Below, piece after piece: positions 31,173 to 44,700 of a stretch of 64,000 bases of DNA (positions are counted from its first letter, which is position 1; every line of letters starts with the position of its first letter). The notes below the pieces were generated by a model. It was given only the letters and a program-made list of their open reading frames with translations. It made no database searches and had not been told where the DNA came from. A program made the position numbers and the translations under genes. Origin of the DNA: Catajapyx aquilonaris. Lineage: Eukaryota. Location of the stretch: positions 1 to 64,000 of the forward strand of contig JYFJ02001310.1 in assembly GCA_000934665.2 (NCBI GenBank), written 5' to 3'.

Positions 31173-32584
31173 ATGTCAAGTAGCGTGGTGCCTGTTAGCA
31201 AATCTCCTGCCCCTGACACCACCGAGTGCGAGTCGGCAGTGTTGGAATGGCCCCTGCCGACGCAACAGACCTTCCTTTGGCGGGTGGCGAGCATAGGAGC
31301 TGTTCTGTTCTCCGCTGCCATCGTCAAGCCTATCATGGGTAACATGCAAATTTGGCGGTGGGATCACATCTGGACTTGCTTTTTCTTTCTGGCGCAACTC
31401 TTCTGACTAACCGACTCGCAATGCGGCGGTATTGCTTTCTAGTCTTCTGCTCAGTGACGCTTTGCTTGTTACTTTCAGGGACGTAACTTTAGCTGTAAGC
31501 TCTGACTAACACAAAAATCACATGTTTCCATCCATATGGCCACTTTACAAGAAAAGCTGCATGTCGTAACTTGTAGATTGCAAAAAACATTTGTAATGGG
31601 GATTGGCAAAGTACCAGGTTGAAATAATTTCAAGGCTTTGTTACGTACTCTTTTCTGCTAAAAGTGATTGCCTATGTTATACATTTTGTTACGTAGCCGA
31701 CCACGGGAGCTGAGTGCTTTCCAAGTGTGTACTGATGTGTGTTAATTACCTCAGGATGGATGAACACAGTGCGTGTGTACAACAAAAACATCCTGGTAGA
31801 TGCCTTGGAGAACCGCCCTGTACACATACCGCTAATCACCGTTTCCAACCACCAGTCATGCCTGGATGACCCTGGACTTTGGGGTACGTATACGGTTTAT
31901 TCAAATTCCAGCAGATCAATTAGCATCGAGTTTATTGCAGGCATCCTCAAGCTGAAGCACATCTTCAACCAGAGGATGATGCGGTGGTCCCTGGCTGCTC
32001 ATGACATCTGCTTCACCAATCCAGTCCACTCGCAGTTCTTCGCTTTCGGCAAATGCGTCCCAATCGTGAGGGGGATGGGCGTCTACCAGGTTGGAATTGG
32101 GTTGCGTGGCGTTCACTTAATATGAATGTTGTTTGCATGTTAGTTCATAATCGCATCGTCACATGTTCTCACTTGTGCACTCTGCCCTTTCCAGCGAGCA
32201 ATGGACTTCTGCATCGAGGAGCTGAACAAAGGACGGTGGGTCCACATATTCCCAGAGGGTCGCGTGAATGTCCACCATGAGTTCATCCGCCTCAAGTGGG
32301 GAGTCGGTCGGCTCATAGCGGAGTGCACCCAAGTGCCCATAGTCATCCCGATGTGGCATGTGGGGATGGACGAGATTCTGCCGAACATCCCACCGTACTT
32401 CCCTCGGGTTGGGAAGACAGTGACCCTGAAGGTCGGAGAGCCCATTGACTTTACGGAGACCCTGGCAAGACTTAAGGCGAAGAAAGCAGGCGAGGAAGAA
32501 ACCAGGAAAGTTATAACTGACCGGATACAGGAAGCGTTCGGGGAGCTCAAGGTGGAGGCGGAACGGCTGCACTACGGGAGGTGA
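31173..32584 (+). CDS. TAFAZZIN: Tafazzin (cardiolipin transacylase), isoform using exon 1B
   Basis: Exons 31173-31338, 31755-31883, 31941-32089, 32195-32584 give 834 nt (277 aa). Motifs: [14 protein letters not shown] (HxxxxD), [49 protein letters not shown]. Confidence 0.95.
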
Positions 32585-33599
32585 TGCATGAAAAAATTTG
32601 AAATGAAACACTGGAAAAAAAAAGGCGGCGGCATAGTTTTTTAAAACATGGAAAAGTTTTTTAGTGGGAAAAGGCAACACTTGATGAGGTGCAAAGAAAG
32701 GACTAGTTTTATAATCAGCTGAGTTACGTCTTTTGTTTTATTGTTGTGCGAGTTCTACCAGCCTCGGCACAAATAAATGGTCTTTAGGAACGCAATATTT
32801 TTGCCATGATCAGCAATTAAAACTCTGGATTTCTCTCTGGATAACATGCGCGTAAATAAGGTCGGAGTTGCAGTGATGAGGAAAGGTGCAACATGCAAAT
32901 TAAAATGGAAACGTTGGCACCAAAATGACTTGTAACTGATTTATAGCCACGTTTCAATTGGATATGGAGGCATTTTAGACATTCAATTTCAGTGTAATAT
33001 TGCACAATGAATCGGCACCAGAGTAATATTTAATAAAATTATAATTTATGTACACTTGTGTGAAAGGACTGGACCAGCACGTTTCATTTGTATTACATTT
33101 ACAAAAGTCTTTGGCAGTTGCACCCTTCTCCACCACGTATCTCTTTAATAACTTCTTTTTAGGATAAAATCTGCAGCAATAAAGTTCATAAACAAACTAA
33201 CAAAAATGTCAAATGTTACACTGATTTTTTTGGCACAATTTATGTGTAAATGGACAGTGCATGTGACATCCTTTTTTTTTTTTTTGGAATGATGCATTAC
33301 CGCATAACAAAAAAAAAAGTAAGGAAAATGTACATCATATACAATACATGTTGCATGCGATTAATAAACTCTTTCATGTGTTCTTTCCCATTCCCAGTCC
33401 CCCTTACCTGATATCACAATCGTTTGCTATCTGCCAAACATGGAAATGTCATAATACAGGACCAATCTTTGAAAAGAATTTCATATTTAAAAAAAAAGGG
33501 AGGCATGGGGCCTGCCAAGATGTCAATTATCACAATGAAGTGCAGCCCCGGTTCAAAGAGGGCTGGGTTTTGAGAGAGTAGGATTGTGTTGCGTCAAGA

Positions 33600-36500
33600 T
33601 CATAGCTTCGGTTCACTCTTATCTACAGTGCTTGCCTTCTTCAGTTCAGTCTTCCTGTAACTGCGGATTGCGTTCAGGAGGTTGGACCTATCCAAGGCTG
33701 GTGGCATTTCAGGAGGAGCAGCTGGCAGTGGGGGTGGCAGGGGCTGGGTAGGGACAGGGGGAGGTGGAGGAGGCGGCGGCGGCGGCGGCACATGGCCTCC
33801 GTTGCTGCTCAAATGTCCGTGTGTTCCTGTAAAGAAGTTGCCATTAGTTTAAAATGTTCTAGAACGTCGAATAGGCCAGAAACAAAATGCATGCAGGCTA
33901 ATTTAAAAAGTAGTGATTAGCGAATAACAAAATTAAATATTGGGTTGTCCAAATGACTAATCACAAATATTACTTCACTGCGCCCTGTTACAGTAATAAA
34001 TTAATGAATAATATTACAAAATAATTCAAGCTGTCAGTGCAAGCCCATTAATTACGGACAATCCATATAGTACGTCGTATTGTGGTGTTTCACAGTGATT
34101 CAAAATTCTAGGATTAATTATTGGGTATTTGAGGATTACTATGTAGTTTCAGTTTTCAAATGTGTTGCCACAGGTGGTTGAATATCCTCAACTACTTGTT
34201 CGGTGTTTACCACTGTTTATGCAACCCACCAGCATGACTATACTTCACGGGCGACCTTGCAGCAAAAGTTTCATGCTACTCCTCCGTATGGCTTGAATCC
34301 ATTGCACCTGTTCATGTTTATGATTACAAGCTTTCATGTGCACAACCCATCTCATGTAATTAAAAGAGATAAGTACACTATCCCACTGAGGATCTAAGCA
34401 GGCATAATGATGTTACGAATACTTCCAAACCATGCAATACGATTACTGCAAACAAATTCCCAAAGTAGCCATAAGCGCAAACCATTTCATTTTTTTCCCA
34501 TACTTAAATGCATGTCACTAAAACTACGCAAACTGAACGTGCAGTACTACAAAAAATGAGTACACATGCAATTAAATGTAGAGTACAAGACACATACAGC
34601 ATTTCTGTTTAGAGGGCAAGCTGGGACTGGTCCCCCACATTTTTCTGATATATATATATATATATATTTTTTGGCTTATTTTTTTTTGTTGTATTGTGGG
34701 GGTGGTGGGTGGGTAATGCATATGGGGGAGGGAGCCTTCATCTCTTGGTCCCTGGAGAAACAGGGTGGAGTTAAGTCACAGCCACAATGCAAAATATTTT
34801 ATTCACACATTTCCTCTTCGCATTACAAACTCACCGGGTGGGGGAGAGGACGAGTTGGCAGTGCTGACGCTATTCGGACTATCAGATCGGTCGGATGTGC
34901 GGTCACTTGGGTTCACCTGCAGCGTCTCCTTCTGCTTGCTCTTCTTCCGCTTCTCAGTGTTGTTGTTCGAGGCTTTCTCTTGCGCCTTGGCCATACGCTT
35001 CTGTTTCGTGATGGCCCGCTGCTCGTCTCTTAGCCTGTCCTCCAGTTTCTCAGTTGCCTCCCTGAGAGCTTGCCTAGTATGGGATGGCAGCTTAAGGGCA
35101 GGTCGTTCCAGTGGACAAGTGCCGTTCACGTCAAAAAATGGGTCGGATAGTAGAGCTGAGATTGTTGGAAGGCCATTTTTCAGGGCAGCTTGACTCAGAA
35201 TCGACTCCAGAACAGATCCTGCAATGAAGTGTAACGTCTTGTGTGAAATATCCTTACCAGCGGGCATTGCACTGCTGCAGCAATGTGCAATAACCACACC
35301 TTAGCATTCATGTCATGCGATGAGATGAGTAACACTCAACTTGATCGCACAATGCGCTTATTGTTTTAGTGCAGCTGTGTTTTGCTGCAGAATTGTTGTG
35401 AATACTCACGTATCATGGGTGAACAGTTGGATGGGTAATCGTCGCAGTATGTTGTTGTAAGCGAGTATCCAAATGTCATCTCATACAGCAGGTGGCCAAA
35501 GCAATAAACGTCAACTGCCCTAACCCCTCCGACCTTCCGATGCTGTAGGAACTTGGGTCTGTAGTACGAAGGAAGTCCCAACACACCACCTTCCACGTCC
35601 ATGAGCCTCGCCTGGCCTCCTTCCACACACACATTCCGCAAGTGCAAGTTTCCATATGGAATTCCCTTCTCTTCCAGGAAAGCAAGTCCCTCCAGTATGT
35701 GCCTTCCGTACACTCTCACTTCACCGATTGATAGCCCATGGACTTCCTTTGCATTACACTTCTTGAGGAACGGAGCTTTAGGATCACTGCCTGACAGGGT
35801 GTCCCATAACGAACCTGACGGTAGGAAAGGACGGACAGTCATGGCACCCGAATCGGTCAGAGCCACATGCTCTGGTGGGATTATGTGCAGGTGATGAGTG
35901 GAGGACAATGCGCGTAAACAGTTGTGCAAATCTCGCTCCTCCAAATGCTTGTCGGGGCCGTAGTCTGCCCAAGACAGGAGCTTTTCCTGAGTGGGGTCGT
36001 GGCGGGATCGGACCAGGAAGTAGTGCTTGCGAATCCGCCAGCCCATATCCGGGAGGCGGCGAACCAGCTCATAGCGATCCTCGCTGCGGAGAAGCATCGA
36101 CACATGCTGGAGAACCGGCTCTGCAGGAGAAAAGCAACGTTAAAACGATGCGCCACACACAAGCTGCTCACACTTACCATGAAGTGTCTGCGAGTAGTCG
36201 TCAGGGTTGAGAAACCTCCTAACTGGAAGTGACATGGCGAGGCATGGGCGGGCCAGAACAGCGTCAATGAAGAGCTGCAGTGCATCCATCCTCTCGGACA
36301 CAAATGCCCTGTCCATGTTGCCAATGAGTTTCTTCGGAGGAAGGGGCAAGTTGGTCACGCCACACGACTCGAAAGATGTATTCAGCTTGGAAAAGTCACT
36401 GTACCTGAAAGAATAATGTCAGTGCAATAACTCATTCATTGCAAGTATGTGACACACATGCACATACAAGTGTCAGTCATGATGATCCGAAGTATCCGCC

Positions 36501-37392
36501 ACGTTCATCTACGTAATGAAGGTGTCAATACAGTAATCAACAATACAGCTAACCTAAGTAACGAGCCTATTCTATGCCAAATAAAAAGCGGCATAAATGT
36601 AGCATCATTAATAATTAAAGGCTAGTTAAGAAAGCCTTTTAAAATATTATCAGGACTCCCGACATTTTGGCATTGAGCGAGACTAGATGTTGCCCAATCA
36701 AAATATATCAGTGTCATTCCAATAAAAGGACACGTTCATTACCACCCCTTTTTTTTACCCCATCGTAAAAACACTGTGTTTTAATTAAGGTCACTGCAAG
36801 GACATGAAATATTTATAATCCCGCACGACATTGAGACATTTTCCTAATCAGCAACATGCACCAAATGAACCCGAGTCGGCTTCAAACATTATTTTTAGAA
36901 AATAACACTACGGCTCCCTTTAAACATCTGTACATAAATGCAACATTTTTTCAGGTGGGCGGAAGTGCAATCGTTAAGATAACGTGTCAGATAAGGCGAG
37001 TCATCTTTACACGTTGATCTAAATTCTACGTGAATCATGTACATCCCACGTCGTTGACTTGCACATGTACACAACCATGAACATTATGCCGTGTTTTCAT
37101 GTGAGCCGTTTGATCAGCGATCTGTCACACGATTTGCCCCACTCTTCCGTTCATTCTTTGTATCGCTGCACACTTCGACTGCGATTTTCAGCCCATTGCT
37201 TCGTACTTGCACTACCACACATACGCACCTCCTGTTGACGTGCCACGACTTCTCCGGGAAGCACCCGCTGCACACCCTGAGCACGTACTCGGTATGCCCT
37301 CCGACCGCCTGGAAGTTCAGTATGACGCACGTCAGCTGCTCGGTGTCGTCCACCGTCACCTTCCCAGGCCTCCTGGTCTCAAACAGAGCCAT
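33600..37392 (-). CDS. PXK: PX domain-containing protein kinase-like protein (PX, pseudokinase, polyproline, WH2)
   Basis: Exons 37392-37229, 36404-36178, 36120-35410, 35218-34835, 33826-33600 give 1713 nt (570 aa). Motifs: RRYSDF, LPLPPKKLIGNM, DMGWRIRKHYF, LSWADYGPDK, PYGNLHLRNV, VDVYCFGHLLYEM, polyP, DRSNLLNAIR...LKK. Confidence 0.93.
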
Positions 37393-38868
37393 ATCTTAAC
37401 CCTGCAATGGAACGTGCAATGGAAGAGTGCCTCACACGTACAGAGGATGAGGAGGTCATACCCTCCTCTCATTATTGCTCCATACCCGTTGTTGTAGTCA
37501 TGTGCAACTTACAGTGCCTGTTGCAATCAGCAGACGAAGCCTTCCATCCTTAATTGCTCTGATTCTGATTGACACCCCTGCCAGCCCTTCCTTTTCGTCT
37601 AATTCACCCTGGGTGTAATAAACATATTGCTGGCAGCGTTGCCAAATCTACTGATTGCGTAAAAGGAGGGCGAGGTTGCCACGTTGTGATAAAAGGCGCC
37701 AAGGTTCAAAAGGGGTTGGTGTTTTATGTTGCTAAAAGTGTGCTAATAATAATAATTTTATTGCAGGTAATAACATCAGGGATTGAATAGAGCGATGTAG
37801 GTCATGTTGGGAGGGGCCGTAATGGAAGTGAGAGTGCAATAGAGAAATTTTTATCCAGCCAATTACAATTAATTGGCTTCACATTTACATCAATTAATAC
37901 GCAAGAGTATATCACATCTGCAATTGAAAAAATAAAATGCCAAAACAAAATCGACTGAATAATTCAGATGGTTGATTATTCTGATGTTTATTATTGTTTA
38001 ATTAACAGTTTTTTGCAATTTACACAGGAACAAATATATAAAAATATGGGGGCATTTTTATTTTTTTAGATATTCACAAAGTGGACTAACAAAAAGAAGG
38101 TTTGCCATCACCACATTATTAGAAGAAAAAAAATTATTCACATTGGGACTTAATAAGAAATGAACACACGCACACGTCACGAGACTTTTCATGTTGTTTT
38201 TTTTATACACATGTATTGCACCAGATTTGCAAAGCTGTGATATTTACAAAGAGCATTCATGCACTTGGAAAAAAAAACAACACACTTCGTAGTTGAAAAA
38301 GTGGCAAGTTTTAAAACAATAATAAATAACAGGTACTTGATTTCATCAAGTATTAAACTGACTATCACAAATCTCAACTACCGCACTTATACTCGGTCTC
38401 CATATAATATTCCATCATTATGAAGTAAATTTTGATCCCAGTGTAACCGAATAAAAATAAAAATGACAGCACAGTAATGTCACGTCGAAGAATCCAAATA
38501 ACTTCAGCTTCATTCCGCGTGAATATATTTCTTGAAAATAATCATAATAATGTATTATGCAATTCCACAACTTTTTCTCGCAATTTCCAGTACAACTCAA
38601 GTTTAAACCACATGATCAAAAAAAACGTCTGGTAAATATTTGACATCAAAATTCACTATTACGCTATTTCCATCCTCTCATAATAATTGCTTTTCAGGCT
38701 CATTTTCATCAAACAAAATCTGGCACAAGTACGTCCTACTTGGTGCACACCACATATCTTGTTTAAATGTTCTCTTTTGAGAAACCACGTATTATTGACA
38801 AATCACACACATTTTCACTCGTAGACAACAGGTATTGAAAGCACACCGGTATTTCAGGTGAATTTGCA

Positions 38869-41307
38869 TCAGTATGTCTGCTGAAAAGTAGATGCAGATG
38901 CTAAGAGATTGATGGCTGTAAAGTCATTTGGAGCATGTATGTCCATGGCGGGTTGCGGCTCTTGAGAGGAAGAATCTTCCAACGGCTGCGGCTGTGAGGC
39001 AGAATTGGCCTGGAAGTCCAAGGATGGCGTCTGGCTTGCATCTGCAGAGTTGGTGTTCTCGCAGCCCAAGATCAGACTGTCATCCTCCGCCTGAGAATCA
39101 GGTCCGGTTGAACCTTGGTTCCGCTCATGGTTCTTGATGTGCTTGTAGCATGCGGACATCTCTGCAAAGCCTGCCAATAAATAAATAAACCGGTTAACGA
39201 TCGAGTTCATTGTCGGTTGACAATGCTGCTTACCTTTCCCACAATATTTGCACTCATACGGCTTCAGCCCGTAATGCCTGTTGGTGTGTTCGTTAAGAGA
39301 CTGCTGCCTCGTAAAGGTCTTCCCACACAGGTCGCACACAAAGGGCCTCTCTCCAGTGTGTATGCGAGTGTGCCTCTCCAAGTCTCCCTTGGTGAGAAAC
39401 GATGCAGGGCAGTGTACGCAGAGGAATTTCCGCACCCCTGCATGTCTCTGAAGATGCAGGCGCAGCTGGGACTTCTGGCGAAAGGCCTTGCCGCACAAGT
39501 CGCATAGATGAGCCTTCTGGCCGAGGTGCATCGCCATGTGCGTTTGAAGAATTCCGCTCTGGACAAATCTCTTTGGACAGAGGCAACACCTGGAACGGTC
39601 GAAAATGTCAGTCCTGAAACTATCACAGAACTATTGCGGGAACTTACTGGTATGGCTTTTCTCCAGTATGCCTCCTCATATGTACTTTGAGCGACTTTTT
39701 CTCCGTAAAGCGTCCCCCGCATGTCACACACTCCCAGGGCTTCTCGCCGCTGTGAGCTTTGACATGACGCTTCAAGTTCCCTTTGGTGGTAAATCTGGCA
39801 CTACACTGAAGGCACGGGAATGGCTTTTCACCAGTGTGGCGGCGCCTGTGGACTGAAAGTGCCGCACGTTAAAACCAGCTCATATTTGACATGCCAGTTG
39901 CAGATTATACTCACCGACTAAGTTTCCCTTAGTAGAGAAGCAAGCCTTGCAGTCTTGACACACGTACGGCTTGGTGTGTGTCCAGAGATGGGCTGAAATT
40001 GGTGAGTTTAGTGTAATGTAATCGCAGGTGGTACATTAATAACTTACTAGCTAGCAGTGCATCCGATGCGAATGTTTTCTTGCAGTATTCGCACTCATGA
40101 ACTCCATTCTCTGTCCCATTCTCCTTGTTATCCTCCTCTTCCTCTTCCCCCTCGTCTAAACCCATATCTTCCGCACCCACTTCCCCATCCTCGTCCTCTT
40201 CCTCCTCAGCTTCATCTTCACCACCTTCTACCAATTCCTCCTCGTCCTCGTCGTCATCCCCTTCAACAGCTCTGCCTTCAGTCGGCAACTCATCAGACGA
40301 GATCATGAAGTGTAATGCCTCCGGAGGATCCTTAGCACCCTTTTCTTCTGACGCACCTTTCTCCCTACTATTTCTTTTTGGCTCGCACATCGCAACTTTC
40401 TTCTTCGGACTCACTTTCTTTTTGACATCCAACTTGAACGGTTCGTCCTTCACCACACTCAACTCCACTTTTTCCTCTTCATCAGCTGCCAAGGCATCTG
40501 ACTTTGCTTCTGTCACTTTCGTCGCCTCGTACTGCGGTCTGTCCTGAGTCAGCAAAGTAGAGAGGATACTAGTGCTGCAGACACCTTGTGAGAATGAGGG
40601 CAACGGGTTTGGGTGTAACGATGGCAGTTCGGTCTGGTGGATCGAAGGAGCTGGCTGGAGCGGAGGCGGTGGTGGGGCTGAAGCTGGTTGCATCGCCGGT
40701 ACCATTTGGGTTTGCGGCGCAGTGAACGGGGCCATCGACGACGACTGAGTCGACGGAAGTGACTTGTTTATGTCCGCGACCGAGTTGTTAACAATCTCCT
40801 GCAGACGCTCCGACACCACATTCCAGAAGTGTACAGCATGCAGCTTGTCCTCAGGCGGCATCGCTGGCACCATCCCAATGGCATACTCGATCTGGGGAGC
40901 CGCACAAAAATTGCATTACAATACCGCCAAGTCCCACATTGCATATGACACGCTTAAATTGCTTAAAAAATCACTATTTGCGACACAATGAATATTACCT
41001 ACTGAAATTGTATTACACGGTAATATTAATGTGCTCTGAGGTTGTTGGTCGTACCGGTACACAATTCATTGTAATTGCGTACATATTAACTGGAACATTT
41101 ACACACAATCTCAGTACATGGCAATTGTGACAGGCATGTTCTACTAGTTCCTAACAAAAAAAACACATGTTGCCTGGAATGACTAAAAGGCAAACATTTG
41201 ATTGACTTATTCTTCCTGGATATTTCCCCCCACTTCCATTTTTCGTTCTCTTTTTCCAATTTGCTTTTTACCTTCTCCTTGAACGCGGCCAGAAGCTGCC
41301 CGGCCAT
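38869..41307 (-). CDS. C2H2 zinc-finger protein (9 fingers, acidic linker)
   Basis: Exons 41307-41272, 40891-40048, 39992-39915, 39852-39648, 39589-39234, 39170-38869 give 1821 nt (606 aa). Nine CxxC...HxxxH units with TGEKP-type linkers. Ortholog not recognised. Confidence 0.88.
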
Positions 41308-41718
41308 TGCTTCCACCGGGAGTGGCCCGTGGGCCGCCCCGGTCCCTTCCCGCCCCTCCAACTTTTTCACTCTCTCCCAGGGAGGAGGGGCTGGAATTAA
41401 TCATAAAAAAAAATAGTAAATTGCCAAGTGGAAAAAAAAAAGTAAAGCTAGAAATTCAAGATGGCCGACTTTTCATTCGCAAGCGGCCATCTTGGTACAG
41501 GCAGAAGCATAGCGGTTATCGTATTAGTTATTGTTGCCATGGGGAGGGGTTGAAAGTAGCGGTTAGTTTGTTGATGGCTATTGGGCGCGTTCGTACCCGC
41601 TTCATTTTTGGGCGAGTGGGAAGTTGCGAGCGCGCCCCGAGTCTTTTTCCTTGGCCGATTGTGGCCGAGGAGAGGCGAAGAGCTGGAGAGAGATGAAGTG
41701 ACGGGAAAAGGGGCGAAG
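41308..41718. promoter_or_regulatory. Bidirectional promoter between the zinc-finger gene and DCAF15
   Basis: Divergent ATGs ~410 bp apart. Opposed YY1-like motifs CAAGATGGCCG (41457) and GCGGCCATCTTG (41483); X-box-like GTTGCCATGGGGAG (41533). Confidence 0.7.
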
Positions 41719-44700
41719 ATGGAGGAAGAAGAGTCGCCCCAGCCGATCAGGCAGCCTCCCTCGCCCGACCCGGACCAGGAAGGGCAGGTCAAAGGGTCAG
41801 GAAGGAGACCCAGGCACAATCTGCTGCAGTCACTCTACGTCAGAGAAGTAAGACGGCATGGAACACCGATGGAACATCAGAAGGATGGGGGGAAAGAAAA
41901 AAAAAACTGTCATGCTTTTTACATACACACAGAAAGAACAATTTGCCAAGTGTCTTTTTTTAATGATTTAATGTCCTGTTGCAGACACGAGGCTCACTAC
42001 GTCCCTACTCACACTCCAAGAGACTGAACATTTTCACCCACATACCCTCGCGACTGATCTTTTGCCTCAGTGACATTGTGCCCCAGTCGGCCCTTGAAGC
42101 AGGGTAAGTACTGTGTACAAACAACAACAACTAAAAATTTGCATCAAAAGTCGGAATGTGTGTACAAAATCTGCACAATCTTTTTCTTAGGCATGTGTTC
42201 ATGGGCTTCACCGAATGCGGCCAATTCCTGTTGTCGTACACCCAGAGCACTGAGCCGGACCACATGTCCATCCTGTACCGATATCGCCTGCACTGGTGGC
42301 TCTTTGTTCCCTACCAGAGGTCGAGGAAGGTGGCCGAGGTCACCCTTTTCAACGACCAGGGGCTCTACTACAACTTGTACATCACCATTTGTCAGTGGCC
42401 GAGAGACAGCTCGAAAATCCTGGTCTATGGTTACAGGTGCAACTGCTTTTTTAATTATCATAAACTAGCATCATACCCTTTCTTCCCACGGGAGTTGAAG
42501 AATCATGTTTCTGCGGTAACGCTGTTGCCATGTTAATACGTTGCTATGGAGATCCGTTGCTGTAGTAACCGGTTGCCATGACAGCCCGTTGCCATGGTAA
42601 GAGGGGGGGAGGGGATTGGGACAAACCAACAAACTTTCCCTTTTATATACACTTAAGATTTTTTTTTTCACATGTAGCTATTAATGTAATTTATTGTCGG
42701 TTGATGAAATTAGTGGTTGAGCGCTGTGCCATGGTATGAAAAATTCCCTTGGGATTTGATTTTTACTGTTGCTGTGAATTTAGGCTGACAACTTGCGTTA
42801 CTTTCAGTGGGGAAGGCCTCGAGTTTCCATCGTCGCAGCAGACAGCCCATTGCCACTTAACCATAACCGCAGCCCCTTCCTTACACAACTGTAAGGAGTG
42901 CCAGTCGGTGGCGGCCTCTTACGAGGATGAGGACTTGGCCGCAGGGTGGGATTCCTGCATACGTTTCTCTTGCTTGCGGCATGGACTCACTCTGCACACC
43001 AGCTGTGATGTGGTGCCCCCTTATCCACGCTTTGAGCCGAGGGTCAGCATGAGTCTGCCCGGAACAGTGGTCATCAACACTGGGAACTTTTTGCACCTTC
43101 TGAGGGTCCAGCTGGAGCACCAGTGTGTCGGGAGGAAGGGGAAAGTGGCTGGGGGAAGGAAGGGGGGCAGCAAGACGTACGAGGTCTCCGAGTTTCTTAT
43201 TGGTCAGTCAGGGCTTCTTGCGCTGAGCACAGGGTTTCAGGAGGATGACGAAGGTTGTGCTGCCATGCTCAACCTACCCCCACCTGGTACTGGTGTCAGT
43301 GGAGGAGGAGGAGGGGTGCACAGGGTATTGGTGAGTTGCAAGCCAATGTTGTGCTTGTAACATCCTGCGCTATATTTTAATGACGTGAACATTCGTTCCA
43401 GAACTTGGCCAGTTCTACTGAGTCGGAGAGTGATGACAGCATTCCTTACATGGAGCAGCACCAACGTGTAGTTCCACCAGTCAGTTCAGCACCTCCTGCC
43501 TTCCGACCCATGACCCCTGTAGAATGGCGTCGCAGGCGTGCAGCAGACGAGGCTTATGAATTTAAGGAGGACAATGCAGATTCCACTGAGAAGCTGAGCA
43601 CCTTTCGAAAGCGACGCCTGGCTGATAAGAAATACGAATTCTCTGATGAGGACGCGGAAAACATTGTCCCCTTCAGGCGACAGCCATCCCTACGTTGTTC
43701 GGTTGTGACTCCTCCTGTGTCACCGGGAGCAGCCCCTATCGCACCATCCACTCCGCCCCTAACCCCCATACACCTCACGCTCTGTGGGGATTCAAACTCT
43801 CAGGTATTTAGCATTCACTGCATAAAATGCTAGTAGTTTTTCTTGTGCACCTGACAAGAGTAATTGCATTCTATTTGTGCAATTAGGTGTTGAGGCCTCG
43901 CAACTGCAACCCTGCGGCCATGTTGTCTCCAGCAGCCATGCTATCTCCTGCAGCCATAATAATGTCACCTTGCTCCGAGTCCGAATGCAGCGTGAAGGAA
44001 GGCTCTGGAGGAGGGGCAGCCTCACTTCCCCCTCCGCCTCCGCAGCTGTGGGGTCAGGGAAGCAGGTGTTTGGTGGAGTTTCTTCGTCGATACGTGGAGG
44101 TTGATGACGAGCTGATGACTGTGATAACGGACATCGAGGATGATGACCTCAGTGGGAATTCTGGTTTCCACACGGCCCTACCACTGGAAGTTCACGGGTC
44201 AGGATATGCCCAGATGCAGATGATTTCTAATGGAAAGGCTGAGAAGCTGGTAAGCACTGAACAAACGCATGATATGACTGTTTTCAGCTTCACCTGACTG
44301 GCGATGATGTATGGGAGCAATTATTTCTGCTATAATTACAGCCTCAGTGTACTTGACGAACTTACTGTGCTGAAAGAGAATGGCGTTAATCAAACTGCGG
44401 TACATTTCAGGGTGCCCCTTGTGTGATGGTTCAGCAGAAGACATTTGATTTTGAGCAGTTTTGTCATGAGATGGCTCAAAAGCTCTGTGCAGATGCTGGG
44501 ACCAAGTACTGGTTCTGTACTGACTATGACGTTGAGATTGTAGATGTACGTACCGCTTTATGATGACACATGCCACTTTGTTCCACGTCGGATAATAAAT
44601 GATTTATGCTCTGCCAACAGGTGTGCCCCGACTCAAGTTTGGTAACCGTAGTAGCGGTAATGCTGGTGCAGGCCACAGTGAAGACCAAAGGTCTTGCCAA

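Noticed and set aside
40125..40547. Ser-rich + strand ORF and other antisense ORFs over genes (e.g. 4718-5239, 32140-32680)
   Set aside because: They are shadow frames of real exons on the opposite strand.
42507..42601. CRISPR-like periodic array
   Set aside because: Eukaryotic intron, 14-bp units with 2-3-bp gaps, no spacers and no cas genes.
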